A stretch of 64,000 nucleotides of DNA from positions 640,001 through 704,000 of the forward strand of contig OZ244065.1 of the NCBI GenBank assembly GCA_965215505.1. Reading direction: 5' to 3'. The notes below the pieces were generated by a model, which was not told the DNA's origin, ran no database searches, and saw nothing but the letters and a program-made list of their open reading frames with translations. Made by a program: the position numbers and the translations under genes. Positions 1 to 9,133 of this stretch are shown one piece after another. The first letter of the stretch is position 1, and the number at the start of each line of letters is the position of its first letter. This DNA comes from Capsulimonadaceae bacterium. GTDB taxonomy: Bacteria > Armatimonadota > Armatimonadia > Armatimonadales > Capsulimonadaceae.

Positions 1-133
1 GAAGGAAAACGCCTATGGGGAAGATGCCCGAGGCCGAATGCAAGCGATGCCAGATGTATGGGTCGTGGAGACGGCCCTTCTGGTTGCTCGTTTCGTTAGT
101 GGCGGTTGTCGGTTCCGGTGCTGCGACTGCCAT
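1..133 (-). CDS. sdhC: Succinate dehydrogenase cytochrome b558 subunit, 5' part (runs off the window)
   Basis: Manual translation from ATG at 133: MAVAAPEPTTATNETSNQKGRLHDPYIWHRLHSASGIFPIGVFL. It matches the Bacillus-type SdhC RLHSxxGxxPxGxFL heme-ligand helix. GAAAGGG RBS upstream. Not in the ORF track. Confidence 0.75.
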   Translation of the reverse strand, partial: MAVAAPEPTTATNETSNQKGRLHDPYIWHRLHSASGIFPIGVFL

Positions 134-165
134 GAAAAACCCTTTCAGCGTTCATTGACGCGAAG

Positions 166-194
166 ATTATACCCAAGGCTGACGGAGAAGTAAA
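166..194 (-). promoter_or_regulatory. Sigma70-like promoter for sdhC (-35 TTTACT, 17 bp, -10 TATAAT)
   Basis: Reverse complement of agtaaa (189-194) and attata (166-171), 17-bp spacing. Confidence 0.6.
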
Positions 195-212
195 ATGATT
201 TGTCTTTGCGGG

Positions 213-235
213 TATCATAAGCCGAGCTTATGATA
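213..235. promoter_or_regulatory. LysR-type binding box (perfect inverted repeat, T-N11-A core)
   Basis: TATCATAAGC-CGA-GCTTATGATA. It overlaps the lysR ATG and is centred about 65 bp upstream of the predicted sdhC transcription start. Confidence 0.7.
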
Positions 236-1126
236 AACCTGGACAGCCTACAGATCTTTGCGGACCTGGTCGAAGCGGGCAGCTTCTCCAGGGCGGCGGA
301 GAAGAACTTCGTCTCGCAGTCCGCCGTCAGCCAGCGCCTGCGCGCGCTGGAGCGCGAGTACGGGCAGACACTTCTGGACCGGGGGCAGGGGCGCGGGCGC
401 GTCACGCCGACTGCCGCCGGTGAGGCGCTCTACCGGGGGGCGCGCGAGGTCTTGTTGCGCGCCTCGGCGCTGGACGCCGAGATGCGTCAGCTCTCGGACG
501 AGGTGGCCGGCACGGTGCGGGTGGCGACGGTCTACTCGGTCGGACTGCACGCCCTCCCGCCCCGGCTGAAGCCGTTCCTGGCCGCCCACCCGCGCGTCAA
601 CGTCCATTTGGAATATGAGCAGACCGACAAGGTCTATGATGACGTCGTCTCCGGCCTGCTTGATGTCGGCATCGTGGCCTGCCCCACGCCCAAGCGGGAC
701 CTGGAAGTGGTGCCTTTCGCCGAGGAGGAGATGGTCGTCATCTGCGCCCCCGAACACCCTCTGGCGGGTGAAACGTCCGTGCGGCTGCGGCAGCTCGACG
801 GGCTGGCCTTCATCGGGTTCGCCGACGACATCCCCACCCGGCGGCTGGTGGACGACCGGCTGCGGGCGGCCGGGGCGCGCGTGCGGATGGTGACGACGTT
901 CGACAACATCGAGACGATCAAGAACCTGGTGGAGATCGGCAGCGGCGTCAGCCTCCTGCCGGTGGATACGGTGCGTCAGGAGCGGCGGACGGGGACGCTC
1001 GTCGCCCTGCCGCTTGCCCCCGCCGACGCCTTCGCGCGGCCCACGGGTCTGCTGCTCAAGAAGACGAAGGCTCGCCGCGCCGCCGTCCGCGCCTTCGTGG
1101 AGGCGATGTCGCCGGCCAGGACTTGA
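230..1126 (+). CDS. LysR family transcriptional regulator
   Basis: N-terminal HTH (GSFSRAAEKNFVSQSAVSQRLRALE) plus substrate-binding domain, 298 aa. Confidence 0.95.
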   Translation: MINLDSLQIFADLVEAGSFSRAAEKNFVSQSAVSQRLRALEREYGQTLLDRGQGRGRVTPTAAGEALYRGAREVLLRASALDAEMRQLSDEVAGTVRVATVYSVGLHALPPRLKPFLAAHPRVNVHLEYEQTDKVYDDVVSGLLDVGIVACPTPKRDLEVVPFAEEEMVVICAPEHPLAGETSVRLRQLDGLAFIGFADDIPTRRLVDDRLRAAGARVRMVTTFDNIETIKNLVEIGSGVSLLPVDTVRQERRTGTLVALPLAPADAFARPTGLLLKKTKARRAAVRAFVEAMSPART

Positions 1127-1155
1127 AATCGCGCCCGCCGGGGTACATCAGGCCC

Positions 1156-2559
1156 ATGAACAGCCGCTACTTCGCGAAGAAGAACGTCGCCGACTTGCAG
1201 GCCGAGAAGACGGACGGGACCACTCTGAACCGCTCCCTAGGGCGGGGACGCCTGCTCGCCCTGGGCGTGGGCGCGATCATCGGCGCGGGCATCTTCGTCC
1301 TGACCGGCCAGGCGGCGGCGCAGTATGCGGGGCCAGCCATCATGCTGTCGTTCATCCTCGGCGGCATCGCCTGCGCCTTCGCGGGGCTGTGCTATGCCGA
1401 GTTCGCCGCGCTCATTCCCATCGCCGGCAGCGCCTACACCTACTCGTATGCGACACTGGGCGAGCTGGTGGCCTGGATCATCGGCTGGGATCTGGTGCTG
1501 GAATACGCCCTGGGCACGGCGACGGTCGCCGTCGGCTGGGCGGGCTACGTCGGCTCGTTCCTGCGTGATCTGGGTCTGCACCTGCCCGCCCCGCACGGCT
1601 TCAACCCGCTCGCGATGGTCGGCGTCCTGGCCGTGACCGCCCTGCTGGCCTTCGGCGTCAAGGAGTCCACCAACCTCAACGCGGGCATGGTCCTGGTCAA
1701 GCTGTGCGTGATCGCCCTGTTCCTCGCCTTCGGCGCGGGCCACCTGCACCCGGCGAACTGGCACCCGTTCCTGCCGCCGAATACGGGCCACTTCGGGCAG
1801 TACGGGTGGAGTGGCGTCCTGCGCGGGGCGGGCATCATTTTCTTCGCCTACATCGGGTTTGACGCCGTCTCGACGGCGGCGCAGGAGGCGAAGGACCCGC
1901 AGAAGGACATGCCGGTCGGCATCCTCGGCTCCCTGCTGGTCTGCACGGTCCTTTATATCCTGGTCGCGGGCGTCTTGACCGGGCTTGTGCCGTACAAGTC
2001 GCTCAACGTGGCGGACCCCATCGCGGTCGGCGTGGGCGCGACCGGGCTGCCGTGGCTGATCGAGGTCGTCAAGGTCGGCGTCATCGCCGGACTGAGTTCA
2101 GTCATGCTCGTCCTGATGTACGGCCAGACGCGCATCTTCTACACGATGGCGGGCGACGGCCTGCTGCCCGCCGTCTTCAGCCGCCTGCACCCGCGCTTCC
2201 AGACGCCTGTGGCCGCCACCTGGCTGCTCGGCGGCGTGGTGAGCATCATCGCCGCCTTCGTCCCGCTGGCCCTGCTGGGAGAGCTGGTCAGCATCGGCAC
2301 CCTGTTCGCCTTCATCCTGGTCTGTGCCGGGGTGCTGTACCTGCGCCGCGCCCAGCCGGAACTTGCGCGCCCGTTCCGCTGCCCCGGCGTCCCGTTCGTG
2401 CCGGTCGGCGGCATCCTCGCCTGCCTGTACCTCATCGTCGGCCTGCCGGGGAGTACCCAGGTCCGCCTCATCGTCTGGCTGCTGATCGGCTTCGTCATCT
2501 ACTTCGGCTACAGCCGGCATCACAGCAAGCTCGGGGAGGGCGCTTCAAGTAGTTCCTGA
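1156..2559 (+). CDS. APC-family amino acid permease
   Basis: GAIIGAGIF, YAEFA, GSAYTY and FAYIGFD motifs with many TM helices. Start placed at ATG 1156. Confidence 0.93.
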   Translation: MNSRYFAKKNVADLQAEKTDGTTLNRSLGRGRLLALGVGAIIGAGIFVLTGQAAAQYAGPAIMLSFILGGIACAFAGLCYAEFAALIPIAGSAYTYSYATLGELVAWIIGWDLVLEYALGTATVAVGWAGYVGSFLRDLGLHLPAPHGFNPLAMVGVLAVTALLAFGVKESTNLNAGMVLVKLCVIALFLAFGAGHLHPANWHPFLPPNTGHFGQYGWSGVLRGAGIIFFAYIGFDAVSTAAQEAKDPQKDMPVGILGSLLVCTVLYILVAGVLTGLVPYKSLNVADPIAVGVGATGLPWLIEVVKVGVIAGLSSVMLVLMYGQTRIFYTMAGDGLLPAVFSRLHPRFQTPVAATWLLGGVVSIIAAFVPLALLGELVSIGTLFAFILVCAGVLYLRRAQPELARPFRCPGVPFVPVGGILACLYLIVGLPGSTQVRLIVWLLIGFVIYFGYSRHHSKLGEGASSSS

Positions 2560-3545
2560 ATACTCGCCCTCGTGCGGTCCGCCTCGCCCACCGTGTCCCC
2601 ATAACGAACGAGGCATTGCAGCCCGACGAGCGAACGTGATAGTTCATAAAACGGCCTGCGGCCCTCGTACCCAGCGTCCAGCGTGACATGTGCCGCGTAG
2701 CCGCTGAAGAACGCTTCCCGCAGCGCCTCCTCACCGTCGCCGAAGTGGGCAAGCTCCGTCCGCATCAGGTCGTACTCGTTGTGGCCGATGATGGCCTCTT
2801 CAACGTCCAGAACGCCCGTGATCCGTCCCTCAGATACCAGCACATTGCTCATGTGCAGATCCATGTGCAGCAGACGTGGCACAATAGGATGATCCAGCAG
2901 CCCTTCGTGGTCGCCGAACCAGCGGCCAATGGGTGTTGTGAGGTCGAGGAACTCGGTGCGTGAGAGGAACGCCAAGCGCCCCCGGACGATCTCCTGGTGC
3001 ATCTCGCGCCATATCGTGAACGGGCCGACGTCTCCTCCATCAGCCTCCCCCACGAGTTCCCACGCGGGGCCGACCGTGACCACACCATCCCACTCCATAA
3101 CATCGCCGAAGCGATCAAACGTCAGCGAGTGCATCCGGCCCAGGAGGTCGCCGAGCTGCCGGTAGGTGTCCAGCCTCTCGGCGGCGCTCATGCTTTCATA
3201 CGCCTGCGAGAGCGTGAGGCCGGGGAGGTGTTCGGAGAGGCTGTAGGCGAACGGAGCGAGACCGCGGGAGAGGTCCGTCACCAGCACATGCGGTGCGGGG
3301 AGGCCCTGCTCTCGGAGCAAGCCGTACACAATCCGCTCCTTGCGGAATTTCCAGTCACAGGCCGGGTCATGGGAAACTTTGAGGATGAGGCCGCCTTGCG
3401 ACGTTTCAAGGATGAAGACGCTGCCGGTCAGGCCGCTCCCCGGCCTGCGGACGCTTCGCAACGTCAGCCCGGCAGACGAGAGAATGGCTTGGATGTGTTC
3501 CGCGCCGACTGTCTCGTCCAAGATGCGTGGCTCTAAACTGTTCAA
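2520..3545 (-). CDS. APH/phosphotransferase (kinase-like) family protein
   Basis: LLHMDLHMSNVL (Brenner motif) and GVLDVE. Its 3' end overlaps the permease 3' end by 40 bp. Confidence 0.85.
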   Translation of the reverse strand: MNSLEPRILDETVGAEHIQAILSSAGLTLRSVRRPGSGLTGSVFILETSQGGLILKVSHDPACDWKFRKERIVYGLLREQGLPAPHVLVTDLSRGLAPFAYSLSEHLPGLTLSQAYESMSAAERLDTYRQLGDLLGRMHSLTFDRFGDVMEWDGVVTVGPAWELVGEADGGDVGPFTIWREMHQEIVRGRLAFLSRTEFLDLTTPIGRWFGDHEGLLDHPIVPRLLHMDLHMSNVLVSEGRITGVLDVEEAIIGHNEYDLMRTELAHFGDGEEALREAFFSGYAAHVTLDAGYEGRRPFYELSRSLVGLQCLVRYGDTVGEADRTRASIQELLEAPSPSLL

Positions 3546-4096
3546 AGGGGCGGCCAGTCGCCACCACCGCCGCCCTGGTCTTCGCTCTCAGTAATGGGGT
3601 TGAAGTCCAGTATCCGGTTGTGTGCGACGTGAATGGTGCCGACATCGCGGCGGTCCTGCCCGCGCCATGTGACCTGCCCCTGAAGCACATAGCCCCACGG
3701 TTTCAGGAGATGGGTGATCAGGTAGAACAGCCACGCCTCGTAGCGGTAGAACTTCTCGCGGCCGTTCCACTCAATGCCTGTGCCGTCAGCCGTCGGAACC
3801 CAGTCGCACCACAGGCCCGGCTGCCCCGCCGGAGGCTCGCTGTCGTCCACCACGGAGGGGTCATCGTCCCAATCCTCAAGCGGATCGTTCGCGGCCTCCC
3901 CGGCGACGAAGTACCCGCCCTCGCCTCCCAGCGGCAGGCCGGCGGCGGTGCGGATGGGGTCGGGGAGGTCGTTGAGCATGACCTGGACGCGCTTCATGCG
4001 GCGCGTGTCGGCGAAGCGGGCCAGGTACGCCGCGTGTTCGGGAGACAGCGGCCTGTTCAAGTCGAAGCGTTCCTGGAAGACCGTCGTGTAGCCCAT
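3542..4096 (-). CDS. Hypothetical protein, Trp-rich (PGLWCDWVP...IEWNGREKFY)
   Basis: 184-aa ORF with protein-like composition. Its stop overlaps the TTG start of the kinase gene. Confidence 0.75.
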   Translation of the reverse strand: MGYTTVFQERFDLNRPLSPEHAAYLARFADTRRMKRVQVMLNDLPDPIRTAAGLPLGGEGGYFVAGEAANDPLEDWDDDPSVVDDSEPPAGQPGLWCDWVPTADGTGIEWNGREKFYRYEAWLFYLITHLLKPWGYVLQGQVTWRGQDRRDVGTIHVAHNRILDFNPITESEDQGGGGGDWPPL

Positions 4097-4111
4097 GCTG
4101 TGCTGTGCCTC

Positions 4112-4333
4112 TCAGGCCGCGACGGGCTGCAAGACGGGCGCGAACTGAACGCCGTGGTCGCCGGGATAAGGCTCGCGGTGGTCGTTCTCCCCCAGCCAGA
4201 TCGGGAGCGGGATGCCTGCGGGAAAAGCGGTGCATTTGCGCTCGCCGCTTGCATCCAAGTGCCGGCAGTGGGTGCAGACCAGGCTAAAGACCGGCAGGTG
4301 TGAGTCTTTGTCCAGCACGAAAAGGTCATTCAT
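4112..4333 (-). CDS. Small Cys/His-rich protein (CxxCxH...CxAFPxGIP...DH...PGDxG), candidate immunity/partner protein
   Basis: ATG at 4333 with GGAGG upstream. The start overlaps the stop of the upstream JAB-like pseudogene (ATGAATGA). Confidence 0.75.
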   Translation of the reverse strand: MNDLFVLDKDSHLPVFSLVCTHCRHLDASGERKCTAFPAGIPLPIWLGENDHREPYPGDHGVQFAPVLQPVAA

Positions 4334-4738
4334 CTCCAAACCTCCGATACAACAAGGGAAGATCATCGGCCACACGCCGCCAAACTTCATGCCAGAACTG
4401 GGCTTCCGCGAACTCTGTACTCATTCTACCGTCCGAAACAGCCTGGAGGGTTGAGCGTATCAGGGTAGCTTTGTGTCTTTCCAGGCTGGGCTGAACTGTG
4501 CTAACCCATTACCCGTCGTTCCACTCCATGTCAGTGCCAGGGCACATGGAATAACTGAACAGCGGACCGACAGCACGGATCTCGGCCAGTTCCGCGTAAC
4601 AGGCAGTCGCGATGTCCTGCGGGGAGAACGAGCCGCCTGCATGGCGCGGGTCGCTAGGCGGGTACTGCCAGCCGAGTGGGTGGTTATGAACTAGCGTGGC
4701 CTTGCCGACCTGCTTGATGTGATCGATGTGGGGGCCTA
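4326..4738 (-). pseudogene. JAB/MPN-like metallo-domain gene remnant (HNHP...SFSxxD), internal stop, 5' end abuts IS630
   Basis: Manual translation: LGPHIDHIKQVGKATLVHNHPLGWQYPPSDPRHAGGSFSPQDIATACYAELAEIRAVG...NDG*WVST...[23 protein letters not shown]. In-frame TAA at 4509-4511. Confidence 0.7.
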
Positions 4739-5930
4739 GTAGTCTAACCTGGTAGGATAGTGGGGTAGAGCCGCTTCAGTTTGATGCGGGCGTCTTCCGT
4801 CGTGAACCGCCAGTCAATCTTGGCGGCACTCGCGTTGCGCCTACCTTGCCAAGCCGCCACTTGCCTTTGCAGGTTCTCTTGGTCGCCCAAGCGCTCAGAC
4901 AAACACTGCCGCGCCAAGACGGACAACTCGATCTCGGCCATGTTCAGCCACGAGCCGTGCTTGGGCGTGTAATGCACCTCAAGTCTGTCGGCCAGCCGCT
5001 TGGCCTCCGCAGGCAGAAAGGCGCGGTATAAGCTGGCGGGCGTATGCGTGTTCAGGTTGTCCATGACCAGAACGATCTTCTCCGCGTCAGGATGCAGCAC
5101 ATCCACCAGATGCAGGATGACGCGGGCGAAGTCCTGGCAGGTGCGCTGGGCGGTCACATGGACGTGCCGCTTGCCCGCCAGCGGCTCAGAGACCATGAAC
5201 AAACTGGCCGTCCCGTTCCGCACATATTCGCTGTCCTGGCGGGCGGGCTGCCCCGCCGTCATCGGGAGCGCAGGCCGCGCGTCAGACAAGAGCTGCTTGC
5301 TGGCCTCGTCCAGACAGACCAGGGGACGCTTCTCGTCCTGCGGCCTCTGGTAGACCGAGAGCACATCTTCCATGCGGAAGACGAACTCGGCATTCTGCTC
5401 GGGCGGGATGCACCAGCATTTCTTTAGCCACGGCTTGAGTTCATTTTTTTTAGCGCCTGGCGCACGGTCTCTTTGCCGATGGCGTCCACGATCTGCTGCT
5501 CGATGAGCGCGTCCCTCAGCAGGCGCAGGCTCCAGCGCTTGTGGCCCTCGGGCGGCGTACTGCATGTGGTGGCGACCAGAAAGGCTTCGGCTTCTCCGTC
5601 GAGGACGCGGGCTTTGCGCGTTTCTTGTTCTTTATGGGCCAGACCTTTGTGCAGGCCGCGCTCGGAGAAGCGTTGACGGACGCGGGTGACGGTGAGCGGG
5701 GCGACCTTGACCTGCTGGGCGATGGCGGCATCTTTGTCCGCGCCGCCTTCTTTGGCTTCGTCGGCCAGCAACAGGATGCGGGCGCGTTTGCGCTCGCGCT
5801 CGGAGTGGCGCTGGGACTTGCTCAGGCGCAGAAGCTCGGCGCGCTCGGCCTCGGCCAGAGACACATGATATTTCTTCGCGGACATCGGATAAGCCTCCTC
5901 AGACTCATCCATTCTACCAGGTTAGGCTAC
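4739..5930 (-). mobile_element. IS630-family insertion sequence, 1192 bp, TA target duplication
   Basis: Terminal IRs GTAGTCTAACCTGGTAGGAT and GTAGCCTAACCTGGTAGAAT, flanked by TA at 4737-38 and 5931-32 (CTAG target). Confidence 0.95.
4744..5885 (-). CDS. IS630 transposase, OrfA (HTH) and OrfB (DDE) joined by a -1 frameshift
   Basis: OrfA MSAKKYHV...ALKK joins OrfB KKNELKPW...CLDE...MDNLNTH...WLNMAE through an A8 run at 5444-5451. Confidence 0.92.
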
Positions 5931-5991
5931 TAGAGAACCAACAGGCGAGTAGCGAACCCAAGCCGTCCAGCCGTGAATCGACGAGAAGGAG

Positions 5992-6234
5992 ATGATTACG
6001 GCACAGATCCTCATCACACGGAACGAGAACATACTGGGCGGCATCCCCGCCTTCACGGAGACGCCCGCCCCCGTGAAGACCCTGCTTGACTACCTGAAAA
6101 CCAATCACCCGCTTGACGATTTTCCGGACGATTTCTTAACGGCGGCACCTGAGCAGGCTCGGCTGGTCCTGGAGGCCGTTCAGCGGCAGTTACAAGGGCC
6201 GGGTAACGAGGCGACCTATGAACTTGCTGCTTGA
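5992..6234 (+). CDS. DUF433-type antitoxin, probably degenerate
   Basis: ILGGIPAF...PVKTLLDYL...LDDF pattern and AAGGAG RBS. The usual TRVPV motif reads TPAPV. Confidence 0.7.
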   Translation: MITAQILITRNENILGGIPAFTETPAPVKTLLDYLKTNHPLDDFPDDFLTAAPEQARLVLEAVQRQLQGPGNEATYELAA

Positions 6235-6265
6235 TGGGTGCCTGCCATGTGAGATGAAGAAATAG
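6218..6265 (+). pseudogene. Truncated DUF5615/PIN-like toxin (15 aa remnant)
   Basis: MNLLLDGCLPCEMKK* resembles the MxLLLDExLP start of the PIN partners of DUF433. It stops immediately before a REPIN. Confidence 0.6.
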
Positions 6266-6266
6266 G

Positions 6267-6364
6267 AGGGCGGGGGGACCCCGCCCCTACGCCATCCGGT
6301 GCGACGGGCTGATGGGACTTGGATGCGTCGGTGGGGCCATGTAGGGGCGGGGTCCCCCCGCCCT
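6267..6364. repeat. REPIN (two inverted GTAG-type REPs)
   Basis: AGGGCGGGGGGACCCCGCCCCTAC ... GTAGGGGCGGGGTCCCCCCGCCCT, exact reverse complements. Confidence 0.85.
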
Positions 6365-6587
6365 CCTTCTTCCTGTGTACCCGTTCTAATCCTGCACCCG
6401 CCATCCGATAGTCCTACGCCCTCCATCTCCCCTCAACACTTCCGCCGCCCCGCCCGTCCGGCGCTGATGCGGACGGGCCATAGCGGACACCCCGAGAAGA
6501 GTTGTCTTTTCCCAGCGCGTTTGCTATAATGAGCCAATCTGCTAGGGTGGTTCTGCCTGCCGCCGACCCATCACTCCTGGAGGAATC

Positions 6588-7538
6588 ATGCGCTTTCGGT
6601 TTCCTGCGACGACACTCGCCTCTGCCACCGTCTTGCTGCTCGTCACGAGCTGCGCCCCTGGGCGCTCGAAGCCTGCCGTCAGCACAGATAGCCTTGCCGC
6701 CGCGCGGCGGGGGTTTGCCACGCATTTGACCGTGCGGAAGAAGGCACCTGATGGTGTCGCGAGGCCGCCGGCCGGGGTCGAGCTGGTCCATTATGACGAC
6801 CCGCTCGGCAGTTTCCCGGCCTACGTCGCGGTCCCGGCAGACAAGACGGTGAAGCACCCGGCCATCGTCTGGGTCGCGGGCGGGTTCGACAACAGCATCG
6901 GGGACACGCCCTGGGCACCGGCCACACCGGACAACGACCAGTCGGCGCGGGCGTTCCCGAGCGCCGGGGTCGTCACGATGTACCCCTCCCTGCGCGGCGG
7001 CAACAACAACGTGGGATACATCGAGGATTTGTACGGGGAAGTGGACGACGTCATCGCGGCGGGCAAATACCTGGCGAGCCGCCCTGACGTGGACCCCAAG
7101 CGCATCTATCTCGGCGGCCACAGCACGGGGGGGACTTTGGCGCTTCTCGTCGCGGAGTCGACGCACCAGTTCCGGGCGGTGTTCGCCTTCGGCCCCGTCA
7201 GCCGGATCGAGCAGTACGGCACCGACGACATGACCTTTGACGCCGGCGACGGTCAGGAGAAGACGCTGCGCTCGCCGGTCTTTTATCTTGGGGCGATCGC
7301 CAACCCGACCTTCGTCTTCGAGGGGACGGACGCCCCCAGCAACATCGAGCCGGTGCGCGAGCTACGTTCTTCGTGCGAGAACTCGCTGGTGCATTTCTAC
7401 CAGGTGCCGGGTTCCAACCACTTCAGCGGCCTGGCACCGGTCACGCCGGTCATCGCGGCGAAGATCATGCTGGACACGGCCCCCGCGCCGCACTTCTCCT
7501 TCCTGTCACAGAGTCCCGAGATCAAGCCGGTTGACTGA
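6588..7538 (+). CDS. Secreted/lipoprotein alpha/beta hydrolase (S9-like)
   Basis: Signal peptide with LVTSC lipobox-like motif and GHSTGG nucleophile. Confidence 0.85.
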   Translation: MRFRFPATTLASATVLLLVTSCAPGRSKPAVSTDSLAAARRGFATHLTVRKKAPDGVARPPAGVELVHYDDPLGSFPAYVAVPADKTVKHPAIVWVAGGFDNSIGDTPWAPATPDNDQSARAFPSAGVVTMYPSLRGGNNNVGYIEDLYGEVDDVIAAGKYLASRPDVDPKRIYLGGHSTGGTLALLVAESTHQFRAVFAFGPVSRIEQYGTDDMTFDAGDGQEKTLRSPVFYLGAIANPTFVFEGTDAPSNIEPVRELRSSCENSLVHFYQVPGSNHFSGLAPVTPVIAAKIMLDTAPAPHFSFLSQSPEIKPVD

Positions 7539-7557
7539 GGGGATGCGAACGGGACGG

Positions 7558-8838
7558 CTAGACGCCCTTCTCCCCGAGGGGAGCGTCGCGGCTCATCGCG
7601 GGCATGGAAGGCCGGAGCGCCCGCACTGAGAGGACGAGCGCCAGGGCGGTCAGGGCGGCGGCCAGCAGGAAGGAGATGCCGGGGACCTGGACCGGCGCAC
7701 CGGGACGGGTGAAGTAGGCGAACAGGTTTGTCGCGAGGACCGGCCCGACGATGCCGGTCAGGCTGACCAGGCTCGCCAGAGCGCCCTGCAAGGTCCCCTG
7801 CTCGTCCTCCCCCACCTGTTGGGACAGCAGACCCTGTGTTGCCTGCCCGGCGAGGAAGCTGATGCCGCCGGCGAAGGTGAAGACGTAGATCATCCATCCT
7901 CGCGTGGCGAGGGCGAAGGCCGCGTACTGTGCGACCCCGACGGCCAGCCCGATGACGAGGGTGCGGCGGTCCCCCCAGCGCGGCAGGAGGACGCGAGACA
8001 GGCCGACCTGGAAGATCAAGGCGACCGCGCCGAACACCGCCAGCGACAGGCCGTTCTCGCGGACGCCCCAGCCGAACCGGGCCGTCGTGAACAGGACCCA
8101 GGTGCTGTTGAGCGACTGGCCCGCCAGGTTACTCGCCGCCAGAGCGCCCGTCAGGCCCCACACGACCGGGTAGCGTCCCAGGAGGCGCAGGGCACCCAGC
8201 GGGTTCGCCTCCCGCCACGAGAACGCCCGCCGGTTCTCCGGTTTCAGCGACTCGGGTAGGATGAACCAGCCGTACAGCAGGTTCACACCCGCCAGCCCCG
8301 CCGCTGCCCAGAAGGGAACGCGCGGGCCCAAAGCCCCCAGCAGGCCGCCTGCGGCGGGGCCGAGGATGAACCCGATGCCGAAGGCCGCCCCGATCAGGCC
8401 GAAGTTCTGTGACCGCTTCTCGGGCGGGCTGACGTCGGCGATGTAGGCCGTGGCCGCCGTGAAGCTCGCGCCGGTGATCCCCGACAGCGTCCGCCCGATG
8501 TAGAGCCAAACCAGGCTCGGGGCCAAGGCCATGATGACGTAGTCCAGGCCCGAGAACAGCAGCGACAGGAGGAGGACCGGGCGACGCCCGAACCGGTCGC
8601 TCAGTGTCCCCAGCACGGGCGAGAACAGGAACTGCATCAGGCCGTACAGCGAGAGCAGCCACCCGTAGTCCCGCGCCCCCGCGCTGATCCCCCGGCCGGA
8701 GAGCAGGGCGACGAACTTGGGCAGGATCGGGATGAGCAGGCCGAAGCCCAGGATGTCGATGAGCAGCGTGACGAAGATAAAAGCGAGGCCGGCGGTGCGC
8801 TTCAAGGGGTGTCTTTCCAGGCAGGACGAGGCCAGCAC
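7558..8838 (-). CDS. TCR/Tet-family MFS drug:H+ antiporter
   Basis: DILGFGLLIPILP, GTLSDRFGRRPVL (motif A) and AYIADV. The true start may be the TTG at about 8805. Confidence 0.92.
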   Translation of the reverse strand: MLASSCLERHPLKRTAGLAFIFVTLLIDILGFGLLIPILPKFVALLSGRGISAGARDYGWLLSLYGLMQFLFSPVLGTLSDRFGRRPVLLLSLLFSGLDYVIMALAPSLVWLYIGRTLSGITGASFTAATAYIADVSPPEKRSQNFGLIGAAFGIGFILGPAAGGLLGALGPRVPFWAAAGLAGVNLLYGWFILPESLKPENRRAFSWREANPLGALRLLGRYPVVWGLTGALAASNLAGQSLNSTWVLFTTARFGWGVRENGLSLAVFGAVALIFQVGLSRVLLPRWGDRRTLVIGLAVGVAQYAAFALATRGWMIYVFTFAGGISFLAGQATQGLLSQQVGEDEQGTLQGALASLVSLTGIVGPVLATNLFAYFTRPGAPVQVPGISFLLAAALTALALVLSVRALRPSMPAMSRDAPLGEKGV

Positions 8839-8896
8839 AGCGGCGATCCGGTTTAGGATATTATGCGCCGGGCTTCAAGGGTGCGGGCGAACCGAA

Positions 8897-9033
8897 ACGA
8901 GTGAATGAATTCACTCGCTGACGCAAGACTTGTCCAGGCGACAAAAAGAGCAAGCCGTGGAGACTGGAAGATGGCTTCCCCTCTGCTGTCCCCTGGACAG
9001 GTCCGACCGGAGCGAGTGATTTCAATCACTCGT
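8897..9033. repeat. Four-hairpin palindromic element (TGAA/TTCA-loop family), related to 17541-17682
   Basis: CGAGTGAA-TGAA-TTCACTCG, TGTCCAGGCGACA, TGTCCCCTGGACA, CGAGTGAT-TTCA-ATCACTCG. Confidence 0.8.
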
Positions 9034-9069
9034 CCTGGCTCTACTCGTCCTGGCTTCACTTCCACACAG

Positions 9070-9120
9070 AAAAAGCGCCCGCTTGATGTCAACAGCAAGT
9101 GTCAACGTCAGGCGGGCGCT
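9070..9120 (-). terminator. Intrinsic terminator after tRNA-Ala
   Basis: AGCGCCCGC...GCGGGCGCT stem followed by a T run on the minus strand. Confidence 0.6.
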
Positions 9121-9133
9121 CATCGTTACGGAG

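Noticed and set aside
2520-3545. Aminoglycoside resistance kinase
   Set aside because: Only general APH/choline-kinase-fold motifs are present, with no evidence of specificity.
5933-6108. N-terminal half of the JAB gene beyond the IS
   Set aside because: The in-frame continuation (SIHGWTAWVRYSPVGS) has no recognisable start or motif and soon runs antisense to DUF433.
7558-8838. tetA resistance gene
   Set aside because: The family is clear but there is no tetR or mobile context, so the substrate cannot be assigned.
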